Positions 1 through 15,500 of a stretch of 64,000 bases of DNA are shown here, in pieces. The notes under the pieces were generated by a model, which did no database searches, was not told where the DNA came from, and saw only the letters and a list, made by a program, of their open reading frames with translations. Origin of the DNA: Bispira polyomma (taxonomy: Eukaryota); contig OZ287748.1 of the NCBI GenBank assembly GCA_965649765.1, positions 11,656,001-11,720,000 of the forward strand, in the 5' to 3' direction. Position 1 is the first letter of the stretch. Every line of letters starts with the position of its first letter. The translations under genes were made by a program, and so were the position numbers.

Positions 1-521
1 CTAGTACTGTCACGACATTCGCTATGGTCGAATAATTTGGCCGGCACGGTCTATTTTGAATGTCGGATTCAGTCAAGAACACATAATAAAACCTTTTTAC
101 AGCAGTTTCTGTGTAGTTTTTTGTGTCATCTACCACTAATTTTGGAGGATATTTTAAACATAATTGACAGCTTACATCAATAGCATTGTTTACACAGTAA
201 CTTCTCTAATAGCGCCACCTACCGAATGTATATGGGCTATCATTCTCCCCAGTATAGATGCAATGTTTTTCTTTTCATTTGAAGTGAAGTTGAAATAATA
301 TGTTAAAAACAGCAAAAATTCTCTGCTTATTTGTGAATTACAATCTATCATGTGAAGGTAAAAAGGGTTTCTTTTTATTAACAATTTGCTGACGTTTGGG
401 GAAATGTATGTGGATATTTGTCGATACTCGGTCGGTAAACGTGAGCAATAATTGAAAATGGCAGTACTTATAAACACCCATGTAATAATTCTAGTCATCA
501 GTTAGGTGGTGGGATGCTTAC

Positions 522-3500
522 CTCTAGGAAGGCATCAAACATTGTCTGTAGCTTTTCCTTATATGGGTAGATGTTGTCTGGTAGCTTCTTTAGCCAGCAT
601 TCCACAAATGGGGGAATACCCAAAATACTGGGCTCTAAGTACACCATACCACAACGACTCACAGTGGCAGGGGAGGCGACAGCCAGATCTTGTACCTGTA
701 AAACATACATGTAATTAAGTAAAAGCCTATTGTAACCCTCTAAGTACACAATACCACAACGACTCACAGTGACAGGGGGGGCTTAAAAGCCAGATCTTGT
801 ACCTATGAACATTTACTTCACTTGACATATACCTTTACATTTTATTAACTGACTTTCCACAGCCTTCCATACTTTCTAATCTTTTCCACTTGTGTGTACA
901 ACATTTATCAATGTGACTGTAGATCTTACTGGACTTGGATTATGGACCTTGGGTTGGCACTACAGTTCTACTAAATAATTTCAATATACCTTGGATCTTG
1001 GCACATACTGGTATCCTAGTTGACACGGCAACTCTGTATCTTAATGTTATAAGCTAGACTGTACCCATGACATTACACTGTTTTCAAGGTAAGTCTAATG
1101 ATCAAACTTCATCTGACAATGTATGTGTACCTCAAACATCATGGTCATCTGGTCACTCAGTTTGATGATTTCTCCAGAGCTCAGACACAGCTTCTTGTTG
1201 TCATCCAGCACAGTGTTCATACTCTCAATCCAGACAGCGTCCACAGGACCATCAAACATGTACCACCTCATATCCTCATTGCCAGAGGACACACCCAGTC
1301 GGATCAGAGCAGGCAGGATACCATCAGTCCTAAAACAGAATTACCATCAATCCTGTAGGACTCACATAATTACCATCAGTCCTGTAGTACTCACAGAATT
1401 ACCATCAGTCCTACAGTACTCACATAATTACCATTAGTCCTATAGTACTCACATAATTACCATCAGTCCTATAGTACTCACATAATTACCATCAGTCCTA
1501 CAGTACTCACAGAATTACCATTAGTCCTATAGTACTCACAGAATTACCATCAGTCCTATACTACTCATACAATTACCGTCAGTCCTACAGTACTCACAGA
1601 ATTACCATCAGTCCTATAGTACTCACAGAATTACCATCAGTCCTATAGTACTCACAGAATTACCATCAGTCCTATAGTACTCACAGAATTACCATCAGTC
1701 TATGAGGCCATGTAAGTTTATCCCTGAACCACGTTTGAGTGACACCGCTGTGGCAATGGTTTGTCAATGGTGGCCCATGAAACTTATATGTCCACGGACG
1801 GACTCTGTTGTGGGGAAGGGTATAATAATTGCATCAACTAGACAGTAAGACTTGTAACATCTTATGTAAACAATAGTCTGCCAGAACCTACCACTCGTGA
1901 GTCAGTGGGTCAAACTCTCCATACAACTGCCCCATGGTGATAGACTTGGGGTTGAGGACATAAGTGTGGACCTGTTCAAAGTTTGTGCCATCTGGGGCAA
2001 CTTCCCCTTTTACGGCAGACATGGCCCCCTTTAGGACTTCAGAGCACTGAAAGGATAACATGAGTAGTGTCAACTTTATAAGCTTGCTTCTTCTGGGATT
2101 CGAACTGTGGCTCATGGGGATTAATAGTCACACACACGAACAGTTCTCTGCTGGGATTTGAACCATGGCTCTTAAGGATTCTCGAGACTAATAATCGCAC
2201 ACACAAAAAGTTTTGAGGTAAAGGAGAAACCCCAGAAGCCCGAGTGTTTAATGCACTTATATACATAGATCTTACAGTAGTGATGTATACCCTTTAGAAC
2301 CTCTGAGCACTCAAAGGATCAGTATAATAAACTGTACACGATAGTGTAGTACTCCATAACATCACTCAACAACAGTGTTTATCTTCTGCATATGTCACAC
2401 ACTTATTGCTCTGAACATGTATAGTTATAAACATAGTCATATTAGTCTCCTATGTGGCTTTGTTAAATATACAGTTTGACTTCAGTAACTTAGTAGTTTG
2501 GGTTTAACCACACTTTCGACTGTCATACAACAATCAGGCAGTTCACCGGTGGAATAAACAGGGTTAAGGTTTTCCATTCTACAAAAAACCAGCCTTCAGC
2601 ATGTCTATTGCCAACTTTATGACATACTGGGGGGGACAGAAATTCGTGGTGGACAGCATTTCGCCATAAATATGGTTATTACACCTAATCACTGTCTAAA
2701 ATTTATTTTAAAGGAATTATTTTTGCATTATAATATCCATATAACATACACATGCCTATGCCACAAATATATAAAATATTGTCTGCCTAAATAAATTTTA
2801 AATGAATTTAAAGTACCAACACAGCTTAATAAACAATGATACTGCTCAAAATGTGAGGTTGATGATTAGACAGTACTAATGATTGGCTATTGGGTTGTAT
2901 TGTGGTTTCTTTTCTGTTTCTCATATTATCTATCGTTCACATAAACTATTTCATAACATAATTATTATTGTTAATAAAACTTATAGGTAATATTTTAATC
3001 TAAATATTTACTATTGTTTGATAATGGCGAAATGCTGTCCACTTTTTAATCAATATTAACCCAGTGACTTTGGTTTCTAACTTGTGGTTAAAATTCATCA
3101 GAAGTACCTTAATGTATCTGGATATGAGTCAGATTTGTATTCAATGGAACAACCTCCACAAATTACCAGTAAATTGCCTTGACATTATTTTGTTTTGCTT
3201 ATATTTGTCAAAGTTCCATGAATTTCGAGCGAATCACTGTCCTCCCTGTACATGCCAGGGCCAAGCTTCTAAGCCAAGACCACATGAGGTGAGAGGTGAG
3301 TGTGTTAACTCTATACCACCTAGGTCCCCCTTACTTAGGTAACTCAGTTAATGTATAATAACCATTTCAATCCTGCCATCAGTCATGTTAAAACTAACAC
3401 TATTTGGGGGGGGGGGGGGAATAACATAAACACCCACTCTCTTGTATTTACAGAACACAATGCCTTGTGTAAAATCAATGCATTCTCTTAGCACAGATAA

Positions 3501-6500
3501 ATACACTAAACAACAAGACACCTGAGAACTCTATTCCTTACCTTAGTCTTTCCCGATCCAGTTGGTCCTACCAACATGAGACCATGTCTGACGACTGTGG
3601 TTTCATACAGCTGGATACACTTGTGTATAAAGCCTTCCACATCCTTGAGTCCTTTTTTCAGAGCAGTCTTCCTGAGTGACGTATCCAGGGACCCATAGTC
3701 TATCGCTTCCTCCTTAATGTTCGGGAACAAGTCCGATACAATACCAGTAAACAGCTTCAGATCGTCCATCAAGAACTTGGGCACATTCACGTCTCTGATC
3801 GCTCTCAAGGCAATCAACTCCTCATCCATATCTGGGTTCTGACGCTTCAAGTTTCCAGCAGCAGAAATCACAGACTTTACAGCACGCATACCAAAGTCAT
3901 AATGGTCCTGTAAGACAACATATTAAGCAGCTGGGATGCTATTCAAAAAACATTTTATTTAGTTTTTTTTTTTTGAGTGGCTGGTCAAACCTATGTAAAG
4001 CTAAAAATAGACAATTTTTAAGAATGGCAGAATTTTAAGAATGCTAAGTGCACATGGATAATGTGCATGTGAGTGTTACAATAGCATTATATTATTAAAA
4101 GCCGGATTTCCCCCAAAAATTTTGGACAGGTTTCATTTTTGTTCATTTGGCTAAGATAACAGTAACTGAAGTACACATGAGCAAAAAAACTGTAAACAGG
4201 AAATAGACTTTCACAAGAGGTTTCTATGATGTGGAAATGGTGAAACAACAAAGATTTCAAGGTTTACATGGAATTTTGTACAATAATTCTGCTTAATTAT
4301 ATCTATTTTTTGGTCAACTGGTTCTTGCTTTTGATGTCCGATTTTGAAGACTTTTTTGCTCTAGAATCCAAAGTGAACGTTATAATCTAGTTTGCTGTCT
4401 TCTGCTCTGTGAAATCTCCAAGTTTATTGAATATATAAAACTGCCATCTTAATGGTACAAATGTATTTCCAAGGAGGTCACATTCTTTTAATAATTCGGC
4501 ACAAGAGGTCCTCAGTGGCTTTTGTGAAATTTAAACAAACACAAACATAAAAGCATAAGTTCATGGTATATAATTTGTGCATAAGAAGACACTTACCTGT
4601 GAGCTGAGCTGTTCTGACGACAGTTTGAAAGTGGTGACAATTTTCTTGGCCAAAACTCTAGCATCAGAAAAACCAAATGAGAAGAGTGAAATCTCAGCAA
4701 TCAGAGCATAGTCAGGTACCATCATAGCCACTGGGCGGAACAAGGCCTGTAAAACATTGAGATCTTAGCAATCAAAGCATAGTTAGGTACCATCATAGCC
4801 ACTTGGCGAACAATACCTGTAAAACATTGAGATCTTAGTAATCAGAGCCTAGTTAGGTATCATCATAGCTATTTTCTATAACCATTGGTCAGAATAATGA
4901 ATGACCTAAAGGACCAAAAGCTGCCACTGGTACTGAGTAGTTAGTCATATCATTATTGAATGTAAAACTTTACTTAAAGAAAAATTATATAAGCTGGACC
5001 AAACCTGAGATTGCCAATATACATGTATGACATTAACTGGAAGAATATTTCACTAATTTACAATTTTTTAGAAACTCATTGGACTTTTTTACTATTGGGC
5101 AACTTTTAGGTAATTAACATAAATTAAAATTTCACTGGCAATTAATTTTCTCTATCCAGGGTCATCATTACTAAAAATAGCTTGTAATAAATAGTTCTAA
5201 ATAAATTTAAATTTCACTGGAAATAATTTTCACTATCCAGGGTCATCATTACTAAAAATAGCTAAACTAAATTCCTGGTGAACATTTCTACTGATAGAGT
5301 AAGCTTTAATTGATGCTGAGTACACTAAGAGGTCAGAGTGAACTGCACATTATTACACACAGTCTCCTGAATATATCAGGTGTTTTACCCAACCCATTAC
5401 AGACATGCATTACCTTCAGGTTATCAGGTAACTCGGTCCTACCAGCATAGCCAGGGTTCATCGTAATAAAGACAGCACAGGAAGCTTTCAGTTCTAACTC
5501 CACCCCCTCAAACATGAACCTCTCCAGCTGTACAAACAAGATATAGGTCAAGGTTACTAAGTGAATGTATATTACTATGGTATATATGTTATTTTAAATT
5601 TATGTATACAGCTTTAAAATACATTTGTAAATTTTAGATACCCAAAAATTAATAACATAAACAAAATTATAGACTTAAAGCTTTAGGCTTAAGAGACATG
5701 TATACGTTACAGTCAATATGTGTAATCAGGGAATACACCTCCATGACTAAAATACATCTTCATTGTAACATACCTGTTATATATGACTGATGTATTCAAT
5801 AAATAATTACAGATTTTCTACACTAAAATAGTATATGCTCCAGTATTATTTTATAAATAGATTCAAAATAATGAGTACAATATTTGTATATGCCTATATA
5901 TAGTTCTATATAAATATAGAGGAAAAATAGATGGGCTAAAATATGAAAGCTTGGTCATCTTTGAACTATGAACAAATTAAGGTTCTCTGTATATTATACT
6001 ATAGTGACAAAACCTATACTTGGCATTTTAAATGATACTGCGATAGTTTTAATACAAACAGGTACACATATACACATTATTTACAGTTCTGTATACTATC
6101 TGCAACACATGAAGGTGTAATATTATTTCACACTTAAAGTTAGTTTATTTATGTACAAAGTGATTACAATGTGCATCTTTGAAAAGCAAACTACACTACA
6201 GGTGCTATTAAGTGCATGAACACTATATGTATGTGATTAAACCCTACAACCAACAGAGAAATAGGAGTTCTTAATGCTATTACAGTAGACTCTGTATAAG
6301 TAGAACAGTGTAAGTCAAATTTAGATATATATTAAGTGGAATCAGTTTTGAGGACCCAACATCAGAAAATGCTGTGTGGAAGTTTGCTACAACTGGAACC
6401 AAATACTGTCAATATTGAAAGTTTTAGTTATATAGAGTCTACTGTATAAACTTTAGACATTGAATACACAAAAATTGTAGTTTTTACTGCCACAAAGGGT

Positions 6501-9500
6501 TAAAGAATGCTTTGAACTAAGCTAGCTATGTCTACAACATACACTGATATATTGTCGAGGATATATACTTTACTTCATTTATAATATATTTGAGGCACTA
6601 TATTAACTTAATTATTATCATCCTTACACAAAAACAATTATATCATTATCATTTCAGTATTTCTCAGCCAGCGGGGGATTTTGACAAGAAACTTTTTGCA
6701 AAACAAAACTATATAAAACATATATAATAGGCAAAAAACCCAAAACCAAAAGTCAACAGCATTCCAACATGAAACAACAAATGATTAAGTGCAAGAGAGA
6801 ATCCAGTGATAATACTGGACTCCTTATTGTATATAGTACCCCTTCTTTCTGAGCTGCATGCATTGTCATGATCTGTTGAGCCACCACTGATAACACCTCA
6901 ATGTCAATACGGTTAAACTCATCAAAACAGGCCCACGAGCCAGAACTGCGGAAGGGGGTAATACAAAGGGGAATAATATATATATATATATATATGTATA
7001 TAGGCTGAAATATGGTTCTCAAGAACAAACAGGCCAAAAAAATGTATGGCTTAAAAAGAATCTGCGAAATCCAATATGACATGTCGGATTACGAGATTAT
7101 CTTAACCCTTTAGGGTGCATTACGAGCGAGTGTATTGGTCATGTAGTATTGATAGAAAACAGGTACAACCCGAGTATGTCTTGGGAGTATTTACAACTGT
7201 TTTATAGCATTTAATTATGCATTTTTTTACGAAGTGACTTGAGATATGTTCCAATATCGTCAGGTTGAGGCACATTCATTAATAAAACTGTTAATTCACG
7301 GCTCGAGCATGGGCGATTGTTATAAACTCGCTATAAACTCTTCCTTATTGTTGTGGGATTTAAACATATGGTTTCTTATTGCAGAAAAGATTTAATCTGA
7401 AATTGCCCCCATAATTGTCTGGCTGAGCCCAATATGTAGTATTAATATAGGATGAAGTAAAGAAGAGAATGTTTGCGTTTTACTAATTAAATATAGAATT
7501 CTCCTGAAGCCCTGTGTATGTTTTATCACTTCATTCCTTCCGTTGGGGAAAAACACCTACAAGTAAACTATAAAAGATTGTAAAGTCGATATAAATACCT
7601 TGTTTACATTGTTTAGTGTGTAATGTGTATATATATCCTGCCGGGATTTTGATAAAGTCATTTTTGTAGTTTCTAGTCTAGTTTCTAATCAGTCCTAGTC
7701 TGAAATGTGTTCCGAGTTTACAATGCTTTGGACACGTTGTACGTGCTCCAAGCTTTGCTTTTTTTTTATTGATTCTACATGATATATATGTGTACATTAT
7801 GTCTTGTTGAGTCCTTTCTCAGTCATTTCTACCTCATTGGCCGTTGACATACACGTTATTTTCACTCAAAGCTGCTATGTCGGCAATTACTGCACACATA
7901 ATTTTTATTTATTTCCAGTTTGTGGCCAAAGGGTTTGGATTATATGAATAATAGACTGGTGCTTTAAAAATCACAATAACAGTCATTACACATAGCAGAA
8001 GAAATCAGTGTTACGGCAATTGATTGAATTTAGGAGTTTTACTTTTCTGAAGATGAAATCATTTCGTAAAATTAGGAAAGTAAAGATAAAATTACCTCAT
8101 AAATTAGGAAAAGCAAGATGGTAACACAAGAAAGTGTACCTGTTAGATAGAATTATTATGCAATATTAGTCATCTAAATAGCACTATTATATATATATAA
8201 TATTGGTATTAATCAAATAACAATAAGAAAATTGTTTGACATAGAGATATAGAAATGGTGATTTATCCCATATCTATCACATATACAGAATCTACACACA
8301 TCAAGAAGCATATAGGAGAAATAACTAAATATAAGTTAATAAGTCTTTTGGACAAGAAAGCTGTAAGGATATGATAGAAATATTAAAATCAAGGTCTACA
8401 AATGATTGTATTAGAAAGTTACAAGTTTAAGTCAGCATCAACCTTTCCCAAGTCTTACTTAAATTAAGAACAGTTTTATAGTCTATAATCTACCTGTACT
8501 GTATTGATGTGTCAAGCTCTATGCACTATGGCACAGATATAATACAATGTGTGATAATTTATCAATATATTAACCTCTGTACCTAGTATGCAAAACCTGA
8601 AAAATGGTTGATACTGAGGAAAAATAAATAATCATAATGAAAGACGATTATTAATAGATCATTCTTGGCTTTGGGAATGCCAACCAAATCATATATATAG
8701 TAAATAGGAATGGATCATGTATAGAACATGTGTGTCTGGCTGTTTGTTGTAATACACGCTTCTTTTAAATACAGTACTTCATTTAGATATAGAAAAACAC
8801 TCGAGTCAAAACTATTAAAAACAATAAAAAAAAAATAAGCCAGGAAATGTAAAGATTGTTGTCCATCAAATCAGCTTTTGTGTGCCAGACACACCAATTC
8901 CACAAGAAAGATATTGTTCTTCAACTCAGAACACTATAGTTAAATCTCCTGCCCATGTATCACATGATACAAAATAGAGCGACAGAACAAGCATATGCTT
9001 CTAAATGGTGTGGCCATCAAATTTTTTGTGTGGATGTTGAAAATTTGGTTTATTTTTGTTCTAGGTTTAGAGTGTCTGGCGTTGCATCAAAACGATACAG
9101 GAAGTTGCACATAAGCTATAATTGTAGACAGGAAGTACATCACCTCAAAAATTTGAGAAACTTTTTACGATGCAAAAATTAATTAAATTAGCCAATAATA
9201 ATTTTTTTTATAATATGGATATAGTGAAATTACAAAAATTTTAAGGTCCGAACAAAATACTGTATACAATAATTCTGCTTAATTATAATTTTTTTTGAGT
9301 CAACCATTTCTTGTTTCTGATTTCTGACAGACCGCTTTAGAATCTAAAACGAAGAAAATATTGGTATTCGGTTTGCAATCTTCACTACTATTTTAAGATG
9401 ACATGAAACTAGAATATATATAAATGTATATCGACCATGTAGGAGATTATGGCAGTATAGTGAACTGAAGAACTGGTAGCTGGGTAGTATTATTATTAGT

Positions 9501-12500
9501 AAGAGGTAGTGATGGGTCACAGATGGAGAGTTTTGGAGACAAGGTCAGTGATGAGTCGTACCCTCTGCGCCTGTGCTTTCTGTATGGTAGTGATCTGCTG
9601 GGCAACCACGGACAACACCTCAATGTCAATACGATTGAACTCGTCAAAACAAGCCCAAGCCCCAGCACTGGAAACAGTAGCAAGTCATCATAAAGTGAGA
9701 CTAAAACTAATACATGTACAAACTCATATATTCAAGCCCCAGCACTGGAAACAGTAGCAAGTCATCACTGGGTCAGACTAAAACTCTTACATCTACAAAC
9801 TCATCTAATCAAGCCCCAGCACTGGATACAGTAGCAAGTCATCACTGGGTCAGACTGACAGTTTTACATCTAGAAACTCATCTTATCTCTGGTCTGCCAT
9901 ACTGGCAAAAAACCCATATTTTCTAAACAAAATTTACCATCTCTAAATTCCTTAAAAAAGCTATACAATATAAATTAAAGCTTTAATTTGTATGTTATAT
10001 CCTGAGAAATTATGACCAGGTGTCTTGTTTTTTTATAGAAATAATCTTCACAGACTTTTATATGCATGTAAGAATAAAACGTTCCCTCCACTACTAACCT
10101 TGCCAAACCTTTGAAAAATTTCCCCATAGCCATGAAGTCCAGCTGGTCAGAACAGTTGAAGACCACACACTGAATAGCCATGGCTTTGGCCAGATCCTGT
10201 AAGACAACATAGGAATTTAAAGTAAGAAACAAGTAGAGTATCGGCACCTCAAACACAGTCTAGATGGTTTGTTGAATTACCTACATTTTTGGTATAGAGC
10301 TTCATATATGATAACATCATATATTGTAGTCAATCATAACCACACTATATAGTATTTAGGCTAGGCTCATCTCGAAGTGAAGACAAAGGTTGGTAACTTC
10401 ACATATATTATATACAGTACAGTAACTATAAATATCTACAGTGTCTTGATATTTTTAGCTAAGATACATGTATATCCATATTCATGGTCAATATCATTCG
10501 TATTCTGTGTAAATCCTTACACCGTTTTATTTGTGTCAAAATTATACGGATCCGCGATACGGATCCGATGTGTGAATGGACCTTAACTCAATTTTTTCAC
10601 AGACAATTCAGCTTATATATTTGACACAGTATTTGTTGTTTACAGGGAGCAATTCCACTTTACCGGTACAAGGCAACTCATATGTTTTTACCACTTTGCC
10701 TTAAGACAGCCTATATTTGCCCCAGTATTTGTTCTAGTTTCTTGTATACAGTTTGTCAGACATTTCCATACCTTGGTGGTCTCCGTCTTCCCAGTACCAG
10801 CGGGCCCAGCAGGAGCTCCCCCAAACTTGAGATGAAGGGCCCCGGTGAGAGTGAGGTAACACCTGTCTGTGAGTGGGGTAATGACAAGACGACCCGTGTT
10901 ACCCAGGTACTCAAACCCATAGGGAAACTCCGCATTGACTGCACGGATAAACAGGGAGTCATCGTGCCAGTAGTATCTGATAACAGGTCACAAACACAAG
11001 GCTAAACGACCTTTTAAGTGAACTAAGTGAAATGGGTGTCTATATATTGTAAGGAAATTGATAACTCGGCACATTTATACACCACTACCCATTGGTATTC
11101 ATTTGGCACAATTACACTAAAACTATGATCGGCAAATTATACAGGGACATAACAAAAAATGCATCACCACTGATGAAGTGTCTTCAAAATGAAACCAAAT
11201 TTTTACATTTTTGCATTAGTAAAAGACAATTACAGAAATTAAGACTACATAAGCCTGATAAGTTTCCAGAATATCCTGCAAACACAATTTATTCTCAGTT
11301 AAACATTAATATTCGAGACGTCTATGTGTAAATCTACAAAAAAACGGTAATCTTTCCCAGAATAATGAAACAGAAGAGTCATAACTACCTGAGTTGACTG
11401 ATCCATTCAAAGTCATTGACATTGTTGACATTCTCTTCAATCATCTTGGTGACCACATCTCTGGCATGTACTTCTATCACAATCAAGGCGGACAACACCT
11501 GTCTTCCGATCTTACTCAATGGTTGCCTTACCAAGTTCCTTAAATCATCCAGCTGAAATAAGATCACATAATATTGCCGTAAACGTATGTGGGGACCATG
11601 TTAAGACTCTGTGGCAATTATCTGTTGCATTAAACTGTTACACACAAAATCTAACGCTTACAGATGTTTAATAGGAACTCGAATGAAGATAAATGCTGAG
11701 CTGGTCCTAACGGATAAATAAAAATTCAGATTCAATTATATTATATGATTATGTCCCAATTTTTTTGGCCAGTCTAATGGTGAAAGAAATCGGAACAGAG
11801 CAGTTGGTCAAGGTTTTCTGCTCTGCAATCCATATGCCTTCACCAAGTCTACTGCCAACTTTAAACACATAAACGCCAGTGCTGAGATTCAAACCTACAA
11901 CTGAAGCAGTTGGAGGAGAGTGTGTTACCACTACACCACAGGCCCCTCTCTAGACAAAATATGCAAGACTTAGTGTGTTCAGGGGGTTGCGAACATTGTG
12001 AGCCACTTTTTTTGTAACTGATTGACAGCTTGGGCTCCGGAAATGATTAATCTGACGTTATTTCATTCACTTCATATTAACAACACTTTACACACTTCAT
12101 ACTAAGAAATATTGACATTTTTGTAAAAAATACTTTGACTTATGCTACTTTTCGACTTCTGTTACTAACACAACACCTTAGAAGTGTAACCCTTAAAAGT
12201 GTAACCTTTGAGGTCAGACTGACACATTATGTCATAGTTCTAACAACAGCTGTATACCTTACCTGTGCGACGAGTTTGGGGAAGTAACCTTTGAGGTCAG
12301 CCTGCTCCAGGGCGGCGGCTACCTCAATAGTCCAGTACGTCTGACAGCCAGCAATGACCAGCTGTCCAGGCCACTTCAACACCCAGTCTGATCGGGCAGT
12401 CTGTAGTCACAACATCAGACAAAGTGTAGAAACTAGACTATTGTACAATATTGCACAATGTCACCAAATAAAGGCATCACAGGTTTTGGACTACAGCTAT

Positions 12501-15500
12501 TACTACTACCCTCTATTGTAGAAGATGGTGAACTGCATATAAACACACCATTTGTTTTCGATATCAAGGTTTATCAGAAATCAAAAGCAAAATTATTGTC
12601 CTTGAAATCTTTGTAATTTAACAATATCCACATCTGTTCATAACAAAATTATTAATAACTATTTTAATAATTTTGCATTATTATTGTCTTTAAAATCCTT
12701 GAAATTTAACAATATCCACATCATAACAAAATTATTAATAACTAGAATCTATTTTAAAAAATTTTGCATTGAAAAATTGTCAAACTTTTACGAAAATCCA
12801 TTTCCGGCATCAGCAAAAGCTGAAAAATATAAAAAACCTCATTTTGTCCAGAAGTTTCATTTGGAATCGGGTGTTAAATTGTAAAATTTGATAACAACAC
12901 TAGTAACTGCGAGTCGGCTGCGAGTCGGCTGCGAGTCGGAGTGTGAAAACTGCATCGATTATCACCCACTTAGACTTAATGCATCAATGGATGTATTAGA
13001 AAACCAATCACAACCAAATAAAGTGCTGATACATACCTAAACTCTACTGTTTTTTTGTCTTTTTCCAAAATATATAACTTAAAATTTCAGTGTAAAATGA
13101 ACATAAAGTTAGATAGGCCATTAATCGCTTTACTAGTACCCACCACTTTATAGTCAGCCAGGGCCTCTTCCATGATGAGCCTCAAGCTCTCCTTCATGAC
13201 TTTCTCCACCTCCAGCAGCCAGTCCTCTACATTACCTCGTGGGTAGAGCACATTCTTGAAGGGAACCTCCTCCCCTTCACCAGAGTACATGGTTGTAATC
13301 TGCAGGTCATCCTCAAACTTCAACTACAACATACATTACAAGTAAAGGTGTGAGTCTAAACAAGCCTCAAAGGGAACCTCCTCCCCTTCACCAGAGTACA
13401 TGGTGGTAATTTGCAGGTCATCCTCAAACTTCAACTACAACATACATAGCAATTAGAGAGGGGAGTATTAACAAGTCTCAAAGGGAACCTCCTCCCCTTA
13501 AAGGGATCCCCTTCAACAGAAAATATAGAGGTAGTCTGCAGGGGTGGCTAGATTTAGGACAATGTCTAGATTTAGGGCAAGGTCTCGTATTCTCTAACAA
13601 AATTAGCAAGTCTTAGGCTCTTTTTAATATAGCACAAATGTATACCAGATTTTGGCTTATGACTTAGCTGAGTCCATTAGTGAAGGTCTAAGTTATTGTG
13701 GATTACCTTAGCAATGTCCTTAAAGTACTTCCTAAGATGTGGCTGTACTGCTGTGGCGGTGTTTGGTCTATGATTAGCACTATACAGTAAGTTAGTGTGG
13801 ATTACCTTAGCAATGTTCTCAAAGCACTTCCTAAGATGTGGCTGTACTGCCGTGGGGTCTTTGGTCTATGAATAGCACTATACAGTAAGTTATTGTGAGT
13901 TACCTTAGCAATGTTCTCAAAGCACTTCCTGAGATGTGGTTGTACTGCTGTGGGGTCTATGAATAGCACTATACTGTAAGTTATTGTGGATTACCTTAGC
14001 AATGTTCTCAAAGCACTTCCTAAGATGTGGCTGTACTGCCGTGGGGTCTTTGGTCTGGGAGAGGATCTCCAGCAGCTCATCATCAGACAGGAAGTAGAAC
14101 CTGGGGAAGGCCTGGCGCTTGGTCTCCAGGTACTCACTCAGACCCTTCTGCACCTGGTCTAGGAGCTTGTTACACTCACGCAGGTTGTCCAACAAACGGT
14201 TGTCTGGACACAGTGAGATGACCTGCAAAACAACACACAACATATATACCCAAAGTGACCCAAACAATTGTGTCCACTAACACTTGTGTCCATATTCCAG
14301 AATTCAGTACTTTCCCACTCCCAACTTTGTTGTGGGTGTTATAACATGTTAACGATACAGAGTGCAGCTAGACATCATCACAGTCTCTTTTTGACGTGGA
14401 AAAAGTAAAGAGTATACATGTACAGTAGAACCTCTATTATCCGACCATCTATTATCCGACTATTCAATTTTACGGACTCAATTTCATTCTCCCAAACTTT
14501 TTTTTGGCTATTGTTTTATACTAAAATGCCCCTTCTATTTTATGGACCTTCTATTATCCAAACAAATTCTCACTCTCCCAATATGGTCGGATAATAGAGG
14601 TTCTACTGTACTATGATTTTAGATGCACATGGTGTCTCCCTATAAAGGCATTGCCAAGAAGTCAGACAAATCATGATAAACTCAACAAGTTCCATACTTG
14701 TGCAAGTCTAGTGTACAGTATGTGTATCACCAGTTTATTGTTAATTAAACATAAATAGCCATCATAAACTAGACTTATAAGAACCTATTAAATGTTTATA
14801 TAAAGTTGTTTAAGGTTGAGTTTTGTCAGTTTTACAGCTCACCCAGAGCCTCTCTGTCTGTGTGTGTCTCAGTTGTTGGTTACGGTTTTGTTTGTCCGTG
14901 TTTACAGCACACCAGGGCCCATATTCACTAATAGACTTGGCCAAGTCTTGGGCTTAAATATTGTCCAAAAGTATACTAGATTTAAGCCTGAGACTTGGCT
15001 AAGTCTGTTAGTGAATACGGCCCAGAGCCTCTCTGTCTGTGTGTGCATATCAGTTTGTCAGGGTTTGTTAGTACTGACCTGTGGGTTCTCCTTGGCACTC
15101 TTCATGATCTTCCTCCACAGCCTCTCCATGGTCTGGTACCTCTTGCTCTCCACTGGCAGCTGTCTGTTGATGTCCTCACTGCTGAAGATAGGCTCCAGGT
15201 ACAGCCACTGTCTCTGGCACAGCAGCCACTCGTCCAGTACATCCTGAAAACAGCCACACAGGATGTGTAGTGACCGACTGACCATTTCACTCATCAGTGA
15301 CAATGTAAGATGCAGTGACCAAATGACCATTTCACTCTTCAGTGACAATGTAAGATGCAGTGACCAACTGACCATTTCACTCATCAGCGACAATGTAAGA
15401 TGCAGTGACCAACTGACCATTTCACTCTTCCGTGACAATGTAAGATGCAGTGACCAAATGACCATTTCACTCTTCAGTGACAATGTAAGATGCAGTGACC

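Noticed and set aside
1319-1700. Regularly spaced 29-bp repeats resembling a CRISPR array
   Set aside because: Head-to-tail with no unique spacers, no cas genes, and located in a eukaryotic intron.
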